Assembly: GCA_900088475.1 (NCBI GenBank)
Contig: FLMG01004558.1
Location: forward strand, 1 to 42,842
DNA: 42,842 bases
Origin: Hyphochytrium catenoides
Taxonomy: Eukaryota > Protista > Hyphochytriomycota
Direction of reading: 5' to 3'
Part shown: positions 13,401 through 24,822 of the stretch, in pieces
Layout of the letters: each line of letters begins with the position of its first letter
Position numbering within the stretch: position 1 is the first letter of the stretch
Position numbers and translations under genes: made by a program
The notes under the pieces: model-generated
Databases searched by the model: none
What the model was told of the DNA's origin: nothing
Seen by the model: only the letters and a program-made list of their open reading frames with translations

Positions 13401-16400
13401 GTGTGTCTCTGAGACTGTGCAGATGGGTGAGCGATTGCCCGTGCCAACGACAATCCTTACGTTCTCTTCCGCTTGCAGTTCACTCAGGATGTGCTAAAGA
13501 CTATTCAGGAGGAGTACGAGGAGGAAGGCATCTCTTGGGACCACGTCGAGTTTGCTGATAATCAAGATGTGCTGGACATGATTGAGGGCAGACTTGGAGT
13601 TATCTCAATGCTTAATGAGGAGGCACTGCTCCAAAGAGGAACAGACCAGGCCTTTGCGCATAAGCTTGCCACTGTCATGAGTGAAAACCCTCTGTTTACC
13701 GTCCCAAGGTGAGAGATAGTTGTTAAGAGAAACAAGTGGAGACGGTATGCTAAGTTTGATTTTACTTTAGACTGGACAAATGTGCCTTCACTGTGGCTCA
13801 TTATGCTGGGAAGGTTCAGTACAACGCCCGTGGGTTCTTGGAGAAGCATCGTGATAGCTTGTTGCCAGACGTGGAAGAATTGATGGTCGCTTCGAGCAAC
13901 CGCCTGGTGTCTGCCATCTTCAAGCTCAAGAGCGAAGGCAAGCCAGAGTGTCCTGTCTGTCTCTCTCTCTCTCTGTCTGCGTCCTCACTTGCATTTTGTC
14001 AGCCATATAGCGGCCCGGTCTCTTGGATTGTCCTCATGTAGCCGGTCCACCCGATGTCTCTTTTTTCTTGACCTTGCGCCTCCTCCACGTTATCTTGGGC
14101 CTCAACTATAAGGATAATCTTCCTTCCCTTTTTTAACTGGTGCCTGATCGTCCTGTGTTAAAGCAGATGATACCAGTAAGGGCCGCTCCAAGGGTCAACT
14201 GCTCGCCACCACTGTCGCCACCCAGTTTAAGAACAACCTCTCGGAGCTGATGGCCAAGATCAGCGCCACTAACGTCTATTACGTGCGCTGCATCAAACCG
14301 AACTCACTGAAGAGCCCAGACGATTTTGAGCATCCGAGTGTGATCAACCAGCTCAGGTGCGCAGGAGTGGTTGAAGCCATCCGGGTCAGCAGATCAGCAT
14401 ATCCAAACTCTATGCCGCACAACGATGCCCTTATGAGCTTTGCAATGCTAGCTCCTGGGGGAATGAAGTGAGTTACACTAAGCAACCTCCATGTTTCTCT
14501 CTCTTTCTCTCTGTTTCTCTCTCTCTCTATTTCTCTCTCTCTCTCTATTTCTCTCTCTCTCTCGTCCTTTATGTCTCTCTGTGTCAAACTTTTCTTTTGT
14601 CTCATTCCACCAAACTCTTGCCATCCCTTGTACTCTGGCTGTCTCCTCGTGTCAACAACTCTTTGTTCTGCTGGCTTTCCCCTACATCTGTCCTCACATG
14701 GACTGGACTGTCTGCCACTTGTCATCTTTTATAGAGCATTGGAGGAGGCACGTCAGGCTGTGGATCAGAAGGGACACCTTCACCAGCTTATGGTGACGCT
14801 TCTTCCTGGTAAAATGGCAGCTCAACAGGGTTATCATATGCTTCATGCCTAACTGCAGCGCTGCGTCACTACTATATTCGCAGGGAGAGATATTATTGAC
14901 TTCCAGGTGGGAAGGACTAAAATCTACTTCCGGGAGGGAGTGCTGGAGGCGTTAGAGATAAGGTGAGCCCTAGCGAAACTCCATTGCCGCCCTTCGGCTA
15001 CCTCTACCTCTTTCTTTCTCTAGCCACTACTTCTTTCTCATAACTCCTAGCTCCTGTGGGTCTCCGTGAGCGTTGGCAAACACTATGCCGCTTGTGGCAA
15101 CTTCTTCACATGCAAACTTCCATTCCCCCGGCTGACACGCGGAATGTCATACCTGCAGGAGAGGAGAGGCCCTTAAGGCCAAGGCAGTGCTCATCCAGAA
15201 GGTAAGCAGTGAGAGTATGACATGGAATTTGAAGTGAGAGACTTTGACCTCGTTCCCTCCTGGCATTCTCCATATTCCCAGATTATCCGCGGCTATGTCT
15301 ACCGCCAACGATTTCTACGGATGCGCCGTGCTACATGCAAGATTCAAGCAACATATCGTATGCATTATACCCGCAAGCGCTACAAGGCAACGATCAGAGG
15401 GTTCACCAGGTACGTGAAAGCGTGAGACTGATAGGCAGAGGGAGCACGTGCCCGAGAACGATCAGCAGCGACTAGAGAACCCAGTAGAGATTGGGTGGAG
15501 CCAGATGTCCCGTAGGAAAGGGATCATCAAGGGTCAAACGGCGACGACAGAGCAACCTGTACCTGGCTCTACCCATGCAAAGAGAGAACCTAGGATATAG
15601 AGGTTTTAAAGCGCGAAGTGTACCAGAGGTAGTGGGCGAAGTGGGTGCAGAAGAGTAGAACTTGAAGGGAAGGGAACTAACGAAGTGCTGACCTGATTCT
15701 TCTTTCTTTGCTGTCTTCTCCAGACTGCAAGCCGTATATCGCGGACGCAAAGCCCGCCGGCTGTACTATGAGATGCGCATGAGGAGGCTTGCCTCCTTGG
15801 TGCAAGCATTCTTCAAAGCTGTCACCTTCAGAAAGAGGTTCTTGGTAGGCCATTGAACCCAATATCTTCGAACACAGTCTTCCTAGTTCACTCCGCCGCA
15901 CTTTCCTCTTGGCTCCCTCTGTGGTGTGGTCTCTTAGGGCTTGTTCCCAGCGTAGTGTCGGAATCTCTGTTGCCATGGCTCCACATATCTCTATCTCAGT
16001 GTATTCTCCTCACTTCTTATAGCAAAAACGCCGTGCGTGCATCAAGATCCAGTCCCAATGGAGAAGGGTCATGGCGACCAGAAAGGTGGAGGTCGTAAGG
16101 AAGGATAGAGAAGAAGAGAAAGTCCGCAAGCAAAAGGTAATGGGGCTTCCCGATTCTCGGACCGTCCTCGGGCCCCTTTTCTCTTTTTGAATGTTGGGTT
16201 CGATCTTCTTGCTTCTTCGCTTAACACTGTCCTCTTGCTCCTCAGCTTGAGAACCTCAAGAATGCTCTTAAGTACACCGCAGCTCCTCAGACTGCTGCTG
16301 GCAAGGGCTTGGGGCCAGTCAGTCCGCCCATTGTAGAGGGATCCGCAGCAATTCTTGAGGTAAGTAGCTCAGGCCCCCACGACCGTAGCTTTGCCTTAGT

Positions 16401-18782
16401 CCGCAGATCAACCTTCGACCTATCCATTTGCCTGTGACCCAGCCTTAGGCCTCAACGGTCTCTTCCATGCCATCGGTTGGCACAGTTCCCTTCCCTCCTC
16501 GTTTCCCTTTCGTTGGAGTGCGCATGTCGGGGTGCAGTTGGCTTGACTAACGCCCATTTATTTCCTCCTCTTAGGAGCTTGAGAACGAGAACTCTCAGTT
16601 GAAGAAGCAGGTGGAGGAGCTCCAGCAACAGCTGTCAAAGATGAGAGAAGAGAACGGGAAGCTCCGAGAATGGCAGAAGAGCAAGGCTGTGGATGAGAGT
16701 GTCAAGCAGATGAGCAGGAAGCAGCAGGAGGGCAAGGACGCAGCGTATGCCGATGCGGTTGAGAAGCAGTATGAGTCCCTCAGATCCTTCTTGGTTGAGA
16801 GGTTCAAGCTTCCCACCGACGCTGGCACTCCTGCACGGTACGAACAGCGCGTCAACAAGCTTGAGAAGCAAGGTAAGAACGCCAACCAACCGGCAGAATC
16901 TGCTGTCCTTGTGCCAATCTAATGGTTTTTCTATGTCCGTCTCTCCATTCCTCGCTTCCTCTTTACACGTCAACCTTCTGGAAAAGGAGGTTCTCGAACG
17001 GACGTCAATGACGGTGAACGGCTTAGCGAGAGCAAGCTGCAGAGAGATCGCTCCATCTCTAAGGTCGGTCTAATTTCTCGTTTCTCTAGTGATCCCTCAA
17101 CGGTATCTGACTCTTGCTGCGTTCCTTTCTGTAGACCACTCCTGCGACCCCTGGAGACGTTCTTGAGCCCTCAGGGAACGCTGACGAGGACAAAATTCGC
17201 TCAGAAGTCCTCGCAGTAAGTAGATTGCCTCCTGATGTGGAGCAACAAAGATGTTGACTTTTACTATTGCAGCACTTGCGCAAGGGCGAGAGATCTCTGG
17301 CCCGTGCCAAGCAGCAGGCAGGACCTTCGCATACCAGGAGGATTAGAGATCAGTGGGAAGAGATCACGAACTTCCCGCCACCCATGGAGTACAGGTTAGC
17401 TCGTGTTAACTTCTCCATGTGTCTCTCTCTTTGTGCCACATCCTTATCCTCTCCTTTGTCCCTACGTCTTTTCGCCACTCTTTTGCTTGCAACTAACCCC
17501 TGTGCCTATTCTCAGCTTGGGCTCAGTCCCATGGAAGAGGCTGCTGACGGATTGGGCACAAGGAAACCCGAAGAAGCTCGACTACATGACCAGGTACAGA
17601 TTCTCCTTCAGTCATTCCTGGGTCTTGTTGGCACTGCGTCCGTCTATCTTCTTTCTCTCTCTTTCTCTACCACTCTTTGTCACGCTTTCTGCAAGCTCGC
17701 CTTAGGACTCCTCGTTCCCCGCTTTGAAGTGGTTTTCCTTCGCTCTTCATTGTCGTTGCGTTCCACTCCCCGCGGCTATTGTAACTTTATTACTATGGCG
17801 CTGGTTGGTAGAAGATGGAGGGCAACTGCCCGATTTAGCCGCTTTAAAGATCTCTGCTTCAGTTTGCCCTACATGTCGCTCACTCTCTGCCCTGTCCCTT
17901 CTTACAGATGGCTCAAGAATGTACTCGATGGGGCTCCAATCCCCAACCCTCACTTCCCTATGGGCGTGGAGCTGAAGAGTGTGACGCCGATGATGCTGGA
18001 CGGCTTCATTCAGCTCGTCATCCCCAAGCTGGCGGAGAGGAGGGACATTAGGGTCCATGTACACACCAAGGAGTTCATCGGAACGAGCATGAGAATCACC
18101 CTTACCAAGAGAGAGGGTAGGCCGTGCCTATTCCCTGTTTTTCGTCTGTGTACCTGTACTAACGGCTAATGCTGGTGCTCTTTTTTCTGCCTCCTGGGTA
18201 ACAGGTGGTCGCGTGGGAGACGAGTCCGTGCCAGCTTCTGCTCTGCCGTCAGCTGCTCGAATGACTACTTTGCTCGGCCAGAACAGTCAGTCCGATATGC
18301 TAGGCATTGACGATGTACGTCCTGCTTACCTTTCTCCATCGCTTGCACTAGCGCTCCCGTCTATTCATTTCGTGCTCACTCACACGCCACAGGGCAAGGA
18401 AGAAGGTTCACGCCAGAGCTTCATCTCTCTCTCACGGAAGCATACGGCGGGATCTCGAGGCAGTGGAGACGGAAGCAGCCNNNNNNNNNNNNNNNNNNNN
18501 NNNNNNNNNNNNNNNNNNNNNNNNGTCTTACTTCCTGTTTTGCATTGTTCCCTGGCGATTTCTCTCACTTGGTTCCAACTAATTATCTCTCAACTGCAGT
18601 CCGGTCCGCCCAGCTCCCGTGGCGGTAGCGCGAGCTCAAGCTTCTCTAATGGCAGCTCTTTCTCAATGCGAGAAACTGGCTCCATTGACGACGGGTCGGA
18701 GCCCTCTAGAAAATCAGATCTCAAGGAGAAAAAGTCTAGTCGGCTTTCCATTTTCAGTAGGCGGAAGAAGGAAGGGCCATGA
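10478..18782 (+). CDS. Unconventional myosin heavy chain (N-terminal SH3-like region, motor, 5 IQ motifs, coiled coil, globular tail); more than 20 exons
   Basis: 15-nt first exon MEGQK joined to [13 protein letters not shown]. Motifs: '[14 protein letters not shown]', 'VNPYQWL', P-loop GESGAGKT, switch [11 protein letters not shown], 'YLLEKSRV', 'RDALAKALY', switch II DIFGFE, 'YVRCIKPN', '[12 protein letters not shown]', 'GRTKIYFR'. IQ motifs at about 15190-16090, coiled coil at about 16580-16870. N gap at 18481-18524 covers one donor site. Confidence 0.95.
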
Positions 18783-19201
18783 GCCATGAGTGAGTGACAT
18801 TAGGAGACAGAAAGGATCCGCTGTGAGAGCAGAGGGGACAGTAGGTTCCCCTTGTGCACTTCCCCGTGGTCCGGTTCAAAGTCGTAGAGATGCAGCTTCA
18901 AGGGTACACTGCCTGTTCAAAGTTTAATCAACTCATCATATTCTACGTTCATCCCTTCCCTTCGCCATGTGTGTCACTCAGTGAAACTATCTGTGAGGGC
19001 ATCTCAGAACTCGGTCTCTCTGACCCTTTCACCTCGCTCTGCATGGAAAGCGGCAGCAGGGAAGACGACGGGGAACTATAGGAATTTTAAACATTATTTA
19101 ACTTGTAAATACCTCTGCTCGGAGGTTATCGGCGATGTGGGAGAAGACGCAGGGAGAGCTCAACGTAGCCCTCTATCCTATGCACAAAAGAGACAATTCA
19201 T

Positions 19202-20632
19202 CTACAGAGCGGCCTGCATGGCCGTAGCAGCTACTAGCACCATTACTGCACCCAGCACTGACACTGACTCGGCGCCTGACTTAGCGCCACTGCCACTGCC
19301 ATCGCCGCCATCTGAGGAGGAATCCGAATCGCTGGCAGAATCGCCATTACCACCGGTTGGCTTATCCTTTGGCTTCTCGGGCTGAGGAACAGGTGGAATG
19401 GTGAGCGATGGGTACTGGAATCCTGCAGGGACGGTCTCACAGAGACCGGGAGGCGTATTGTCTGTGCATTTCTCACAAATTTGCTGGTCATTGCGGAAGC
19501 ACTTGACCTTACTGCAAGCAAGAGTTGTCTCATAGCACTTCGGGTTCTTCTTTCGTAACGTTGCAGCGTCTATCATTGGGATGTTGTTAGGATGGAGAGT
19601 GGTGTTAGAGTAGTACTCAATGGCAAGCTCCGCTCGCCTGGTGTTAGCCTCGGGATCTGAGGCGTTCTCCCAGAACTTGAAACCACCAGTCGTCGAGCAG
19701 ACATCCCCGTTGCATTGCCTTGAGAAGAAGACGCCCTTGTACTCGTTCTCCTTGTCCATGCAGAACTTCATATAGTCTGCGGTCGCATTGTCCGACTTGT
19801 ACTTTGGTTTGCCCGTTTGTGGGTCCACGATATCGTACATGCCCACAAGGCCGTTGATGTCGATGAGGCCCATTGTCCTATAGTTCCAGGTACAAGTTAT
19901 GCCGTCAGGAGTACCCTCGGGAGTGCCATAAGCTCCCTTGCACAGTCCATTCTTGAGTCCCTGGCAGATAGGCGCCTTCTTGTAGGCAAAGGTGTTGGTG
20001 GTACAGTCTGCAGGTAGAGCGAACCACCAGTTCTTAGGGTACTTGGCCTTGATCCCTTCAAACTTCCACGCTCCAATGTATGGGCCTAGTGGAGGGTTGT
20101 CCATGCCCACAGTGCCGTCATCCTTCAGAGGCTTACTGCTGAAGTTCCCAAACTTTTCTTGGGTCAGTTTCTGAGAGGCGTAACTTCCGTTCCATAGCTG
20201 AGGACCCCAGTTCTGTCCAGGAGTGACAGCTCCACCATCAATGGCATAATAGCGGCCATACTCGAACGGTGTCTCATAAGCAGGAGGGCTGTTATTATAA
20301 TAAGCTAGAGCAGCGTTGGGTTGCACCATTTGGACTTCATAGAAGACGATGAGATTGGCGTTGGAACGTCGCACACAAGGCTCCGCGAGGGCATCCTCAG
20401 GGATAACTTCTTCCTGTGCGTACTGAAGGCTGCCCAGCAGGCTTGCAGTGTTTCCAGAGGAGAGATCGAACTTGGCTTGCCACTTCTTCGCGGTCTCATT
20501 GTAGACGTGGGGGTTGTTCCCCAGGAAGCGAGTGTGATACATGGTCACGACAGGCATCTTGTAGGCAGCGGCGGCCTCAGCGCCTGCCCAGCCGCTGGCC
20601 ACCATGGCCATTGCCAAGACAGCAACCTTCAT
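19202..20632 (-). CDS. Secreted Cys-rich, predicted GPI-anchored cell-surface protein of unknown function (476 aa, no intron in the CDS)
   Basis: Signal peptide MKVAVLAMAMVASGWAGAEA. Cys/aromatic-rich core (IVFYEVQMVQP, LGPYIG, YPKNWWFALPADC, PDGITCTWNYRTMGLIDINGLVG, FKFW) recalling an uncharacterised oomycete secreted family. Pro/Ser/Gly/Asp linker and a hydrophobic C-terminus preceded by SGA (GPI signal). Confidence 0.88.
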   Translation of the reverse strand: MKVAVLAMAMVASGWAGAEAAAAYKMPVVTMYHTRFLGNNPHVYNETAKKWQAKFDLSSGNTASLLGSLQYAQEEVIPEDALAEPCVRRSNANLIVFYEVQMVQPNAALAYYNNSPPAYETPFEYGRYYAIDGGAVTPGQNWGPQLWNGSYASQKLTQEKFGNFSSKPLKDDGTVGMDNPPLGPYIGAWKFEGIKAKYPKNWWFALPADCTTNTFAYKKAPICQGLKNGLCKGAYGTPEGTPDGITCTWNYRTMGLIDINGLVGMYDIVDPQTGKPKYKSDNATADYMKFCMDKENEYKGVFFSRQCNGDVCSTTGGFKFWENASDPEANTRRAELAIEYYSNTTLHPNNIPMIDAATLRKKNPKCYETTLACSKVKCFRNDQQICEKCTDNTPPGLCETVPAGFQYPSLTIPPVPQPEKPKDKPTGGNGDSASDSDSSSDGGDGSGSGAKSGAESVSVLGAVMVLVAATAMQAAL

Positions 20633-22321
20633 GACTAATCAACAGAGGTGGGAGCTTGTAAGACGATAGCTGCTGTCAGCGGCCTGCAAAAGACAAAGTG
20701 GTCTACAAAATTATGGGTGCTCAGTCCTGTTCCAGTCTCACTTGAGCCTGCCCACAGATGAAGGAAGCTATAGCTATAACATGGAGCTCCTTACAGGTTA
20801 CAGGCTTGCCTCTTTCTTCCAGACAGAGCTTGTCTAAGTGATGGACCGTGTCTGAGAAGGTGCAGAGCTCACCAGCGATGAAAGAGAGCGAGCTAGGTTC
20901 TGCTGTGCCAGAGACTGATGAGAGTGAGAGAGAGACATGAGGTCCAATGGCCAGGCCAGGGATAGGGCAGACAGCAGACCAAAAGATTCGGATGATATAC
21001 ACCGTCGCGGCAGGAGAGTGAGTTTGACTACAATGTGAGTTTGAGGAGTTAAATGTGTAGAGAATAGAGTCTGAGTTTAGATGAGCGCTGTGGTTGAGTA
21101 TTGGTGTCAGGGTCCAGGGTCCCTTGTGATCCCATCAGAATCAAGAGAGCCAGCGTAGGATAAAGGATCTATGAATTATTATCACAAGGCTCAATGGCTT
21201 CGGGAGGTAATGGCTGAGTATTATCACCTCTACTCCTGGGGGAGCTCAGCAGCTTCTAAAATGGAGTGGGAAACAAGGAAAATTTTCAGTGTCCCACTTT
21301 TTGTCAAAACCCTAGGAACGTCAGGGACATCCTTTAGACCTTGAAAGGCCACCTCGCCTGCCTTTGTGAACTTCTAGTTTCTAGACATTTTATTAGAACT
21401 TTAGAACTAATAAGGGCCTAGAAAAACATATAATAAAGGCTCGGAGGTTGGGGCTCCGTTTATAATAAGGCCATCCTTCTTACTACTACGTTTCCTCTAC
21501 TTTCTAAATAGCAAATGATTTTGTGTGTGAGATCGGACTTTCGTCAAACAAAACTGACGAAAATTGTTTCTCGGCGATAAGAGCAGCAGGATGTTGCCAT
21601 GTAGATCCACTCTCTAGCAGCATGAGGACACCTCAGTCGTAATACAGAGGATGGAAGGCTGGGTGATTCTACTTACTCAGTTGATTCAAAGAAAAATAGC
21701 TAGGAAAGGTTCTGGCTAATAGTTCTACAAGTACCTCAGCTGTGCTTCTGTAGATCTACGAGAGCATGCAGCTGGCCAATATGTGTGGAACTGTGGATGG
21801 ACTCCTGCTATACTCTACTACTTTCGGAGGACTTACCTTCTTATGGCTGACCCAACCTTGTTTGCTTGTACCAAGACTGTTCCTCTACATGTGGAAGTTC
21901 CTCACAATGTTCCATCGTTAATATCACTCATTGATAACTGAGAGTCTAGCTAGGTTGAGAATCTTACCGCTGCACATTAACGAAAATTCTTAGTATGATC
22001 TGTATCCAGTTATCTTCCATCCCCACTTTCTGCTTCCTGCTGCTTCATCGGTCCATCATTCCAAGCACCAGAGCAGCAGTTGAAAGAGACACAGCATCAT
22101 CAGCACCATCAGCAACAGAGGATCTTTCTTCAAGCTGCTGTTGCTGCTTCTCTTTGCCCATGCATAACGAAGCTGCTGAGCTCGAGGCTATGCTAGGTCA
22201 ATTCTGCGCTAAGATAGAGTCCTTAGTCCTTTTTGGTGCCTCCGCTAGCCATGTGGGCTGATTGAATCCCCCTCTCTGCTGCCTTGTACCTTGATTGGTC
22301 TGTTTTGGCAGACGTTGAACC

Positions 22322-23197
22322 ATGAACTCTGTCTCTTTAGGCTTAGAAGTGCCCGAGGAACCATCGGCGGAAGACCATCAGCCATTTTCAGTCCCTTTGT
22401 CTCATGGGAACCCGAATGGGACCCATCAAGGCACTTCTCGAGATTCAGACGGTGACCACGATGGATTAGGTGCAACCCCAGTCGGGGGCACAGGTGTTAG
22501 CGCAGATCTTGACGGCGAAACCCTTCTGTCCATTGAAGATAATGGCCAGATAGAGAAGGCCAGCTGGGGTGGGCGCCGTGCGGGTGCGGGCAGGAAGCCC
22601 AAGACCAGAGGCGGTGGCGAGAGACCAAAGAGAAAACAGGGTAGCCTACACAAGGCAAAGAGCCATATGAGAAGAAAGTACTCAGAGATTAGGGCAGCCG
22701 TGACGCGTTCTAGCGGTAGTACCATCACGCAACAGGAAAGCCGCTTGGTCCTCCGCTGTTTGTCTACATTGGTGGTCGATAGAGACTTTACCCCTACGGA
22801 AGCTGTTAGAGAGTCTTCCCAGTTGCTGGGGCTTTCGCAGAAAACGGTAGGCTGACTTGTAGACGCACATAATTAGCCATTCTTCCTGTCCTAACCACCA
22901 TTGTTTCCATGTTCTTACAAGGTTTGGAGAATTCTTAAGACGATGGCCGACGAAGGTCAAGTGCTGGAGACTGATGCATCCAATCGTGGACAGTGCGTTG
23001 ACGAAAGGGCGGACAAGAGAGTCAAGGTTCCACGCGAAGTGTACGGTCAGATTGAAGAGTGGAAGCACGACTGTCAGAGCAAGAGTATGGAGGTCACGGG
23101 AAAGAGCTTGCAAGAGTTTCTTAGAGATCACGCAGATATTCATATCACTGAACGATCAGGAAGGCGCCTCTTGGAGCGGCTGATGGTCTTCGAGTGA
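22322..23197 (+). mobile_element. IS630/Tc1/mariner-like transposase N-terminal DNA-binding region, 2 exons (intron about 22848-22921), no DDE domain
   Basis: 'WGGRRAGAGRKPK' basic motif, then HTH-like 'EAVRESSQLLGLSQKT/VWRILK' and a second HTH-like 'VTGKSLQEFLRDHADIHITERSGRRLLERL'. Stop codon follows immediately. No TIRs found. Confidence 0.6.
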
Positions 23198-24822
23198 GGG
23201 GGACTGCATATGCTTTTGGAAGCTCTCTCCTGCCGTCACTACCATCCAACTAGCTGAGAGCTGAGACAGGAACTGCTAGGCATCTGCTGTCTACTCCACC
23301 TGGACCAAGAAAGTGAATCGAGGGACATCGCACTGTGAAAGTGTGACTGGACGCTGGAAGCTTCAGCCGTGACTGCCTTTGATATGGGGTGCGTTTGTCC
23401 TTTCGGGCCCTTCTAAAGAACTTATATTCAACGAGTGGCCAACTCGATCAGCCAGACACCCTTCATGGGTTCTGGTGGCGAGCTCTGCTCTAGCTGCTCT
23501 GGCCATGTAAGCAATGGGGAATGGATGCAGCCACGACGTAGAAGGTACCAAGATCTCACTTCAGACGGAAATCTAGTGTGCCAGGGCGATTGACAGGAAC
23601 AACGAGGCCAGTTACCATTGCTATGTGTCACCGATCCTTTACAAGGTTATTATTTTCACTCTTGCTCGTAGAGTAGAGGGACGACGGAGTGGCGATACTA
23701 TTCCCGTACAGCGCATAGTAGGCGAAGACATCCTCAATGACATATAGACAGTCAACATACCTCAAAACATAGCAGCAGCCACTAAAACTTGATTGCTCAT
23801 AGCCAGTGGTGTGGTCTTCCGAGGCCTTCCAGTGCTCTTTTCCTGTCCCTAAGGTCCCACTGTTGCTGAGCTAGTTCAGCCTCTTTTCGTCGTTGCTATC
23901 ACTATTCATGCTGACTCTCGTCCCTCCTCATCAGGATAGTTCCTGAAGATCAGAGATCCTCTGCGGGGTCAACCATCCAGTATGGGTAGAACAGAATAAG
24001 CGACCATCCCCTGCGCCGCGCCTTACGTGCCTAAGCAGAGGCAGTGATCCCACTATGCGGAGCTACAGGTTCAGCCTTTAAAGGCCTAGAAGGGCTATGA
24101 CTTCTCGACACTGACACCGTATCGCCGCCTTCATCTCCGGACAGCATTGCCTGGGAGGAGGTATCATCAGTCAGCAGGAGAAGGCTCGCTTCCACATCGG
24201 GCCAAGGACCAAGGATCTCCAATAATCTGTGTGCCCTTTCGCAATCTCACTCCGCCCTCACCTACTGTTCGAAGTTACAACACGTACGAACATAGACACA
24301 TTCTGTCGTAAATAGCAGGTCCATCAACCCAGAGATCCCCTCGGACTCATGAGATCATGAGAGACCAGATGAAAGGACAGAAAGGCAGAAACCTGACCAA
24401 CACTAGGAGCCAGTGAGGGCAAGAGATGCGAAAGAGACAGACAGACAGAGAGAGAGAGAGAGAGACAGACAGAGACAGACAGAGAGAGACAGAGAAAGAG
24501 AGGGAGAGGGAAAAAGAGAGAGAGAGGGAGAGAGAGAAAAAGAGGCAGACAGAGGGAGAGAGTAGGGAGAGGGCTGAGGGCCCATCAGCGCTGCCTGATG
24601 GTTACGAGCAGCGAGTTATACAACTGCTGGCGGCTCCAACCCCAGAGATTCCCTTCTCAATATTAGCTGGTCCCCGCGCAAGATCTTGAAGACTCTGCGG
24701 TCGCGCTCTTGAGATTGCCAGCCCTCTGCAACGCCGAGGAGGTCAGGGGAACAGGCGCTGCAGACTCCTGCCGTAGCTCTAGTGCCTCCAACAACCCCAG
24801 CTGCTGCCATCCTCTCCTAATC

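Noticed and set aside
17267-18169. 300-aa standalone ORF
   Set aside because: It is a set of myosin tail exons joined by stop-free introns.
1811-20632. Functional cluster of GAA1 with a GPI-anchored protein
   Set aside because: Separated by unrelated genes; GPI proteins are common, so proximity is probably chance.
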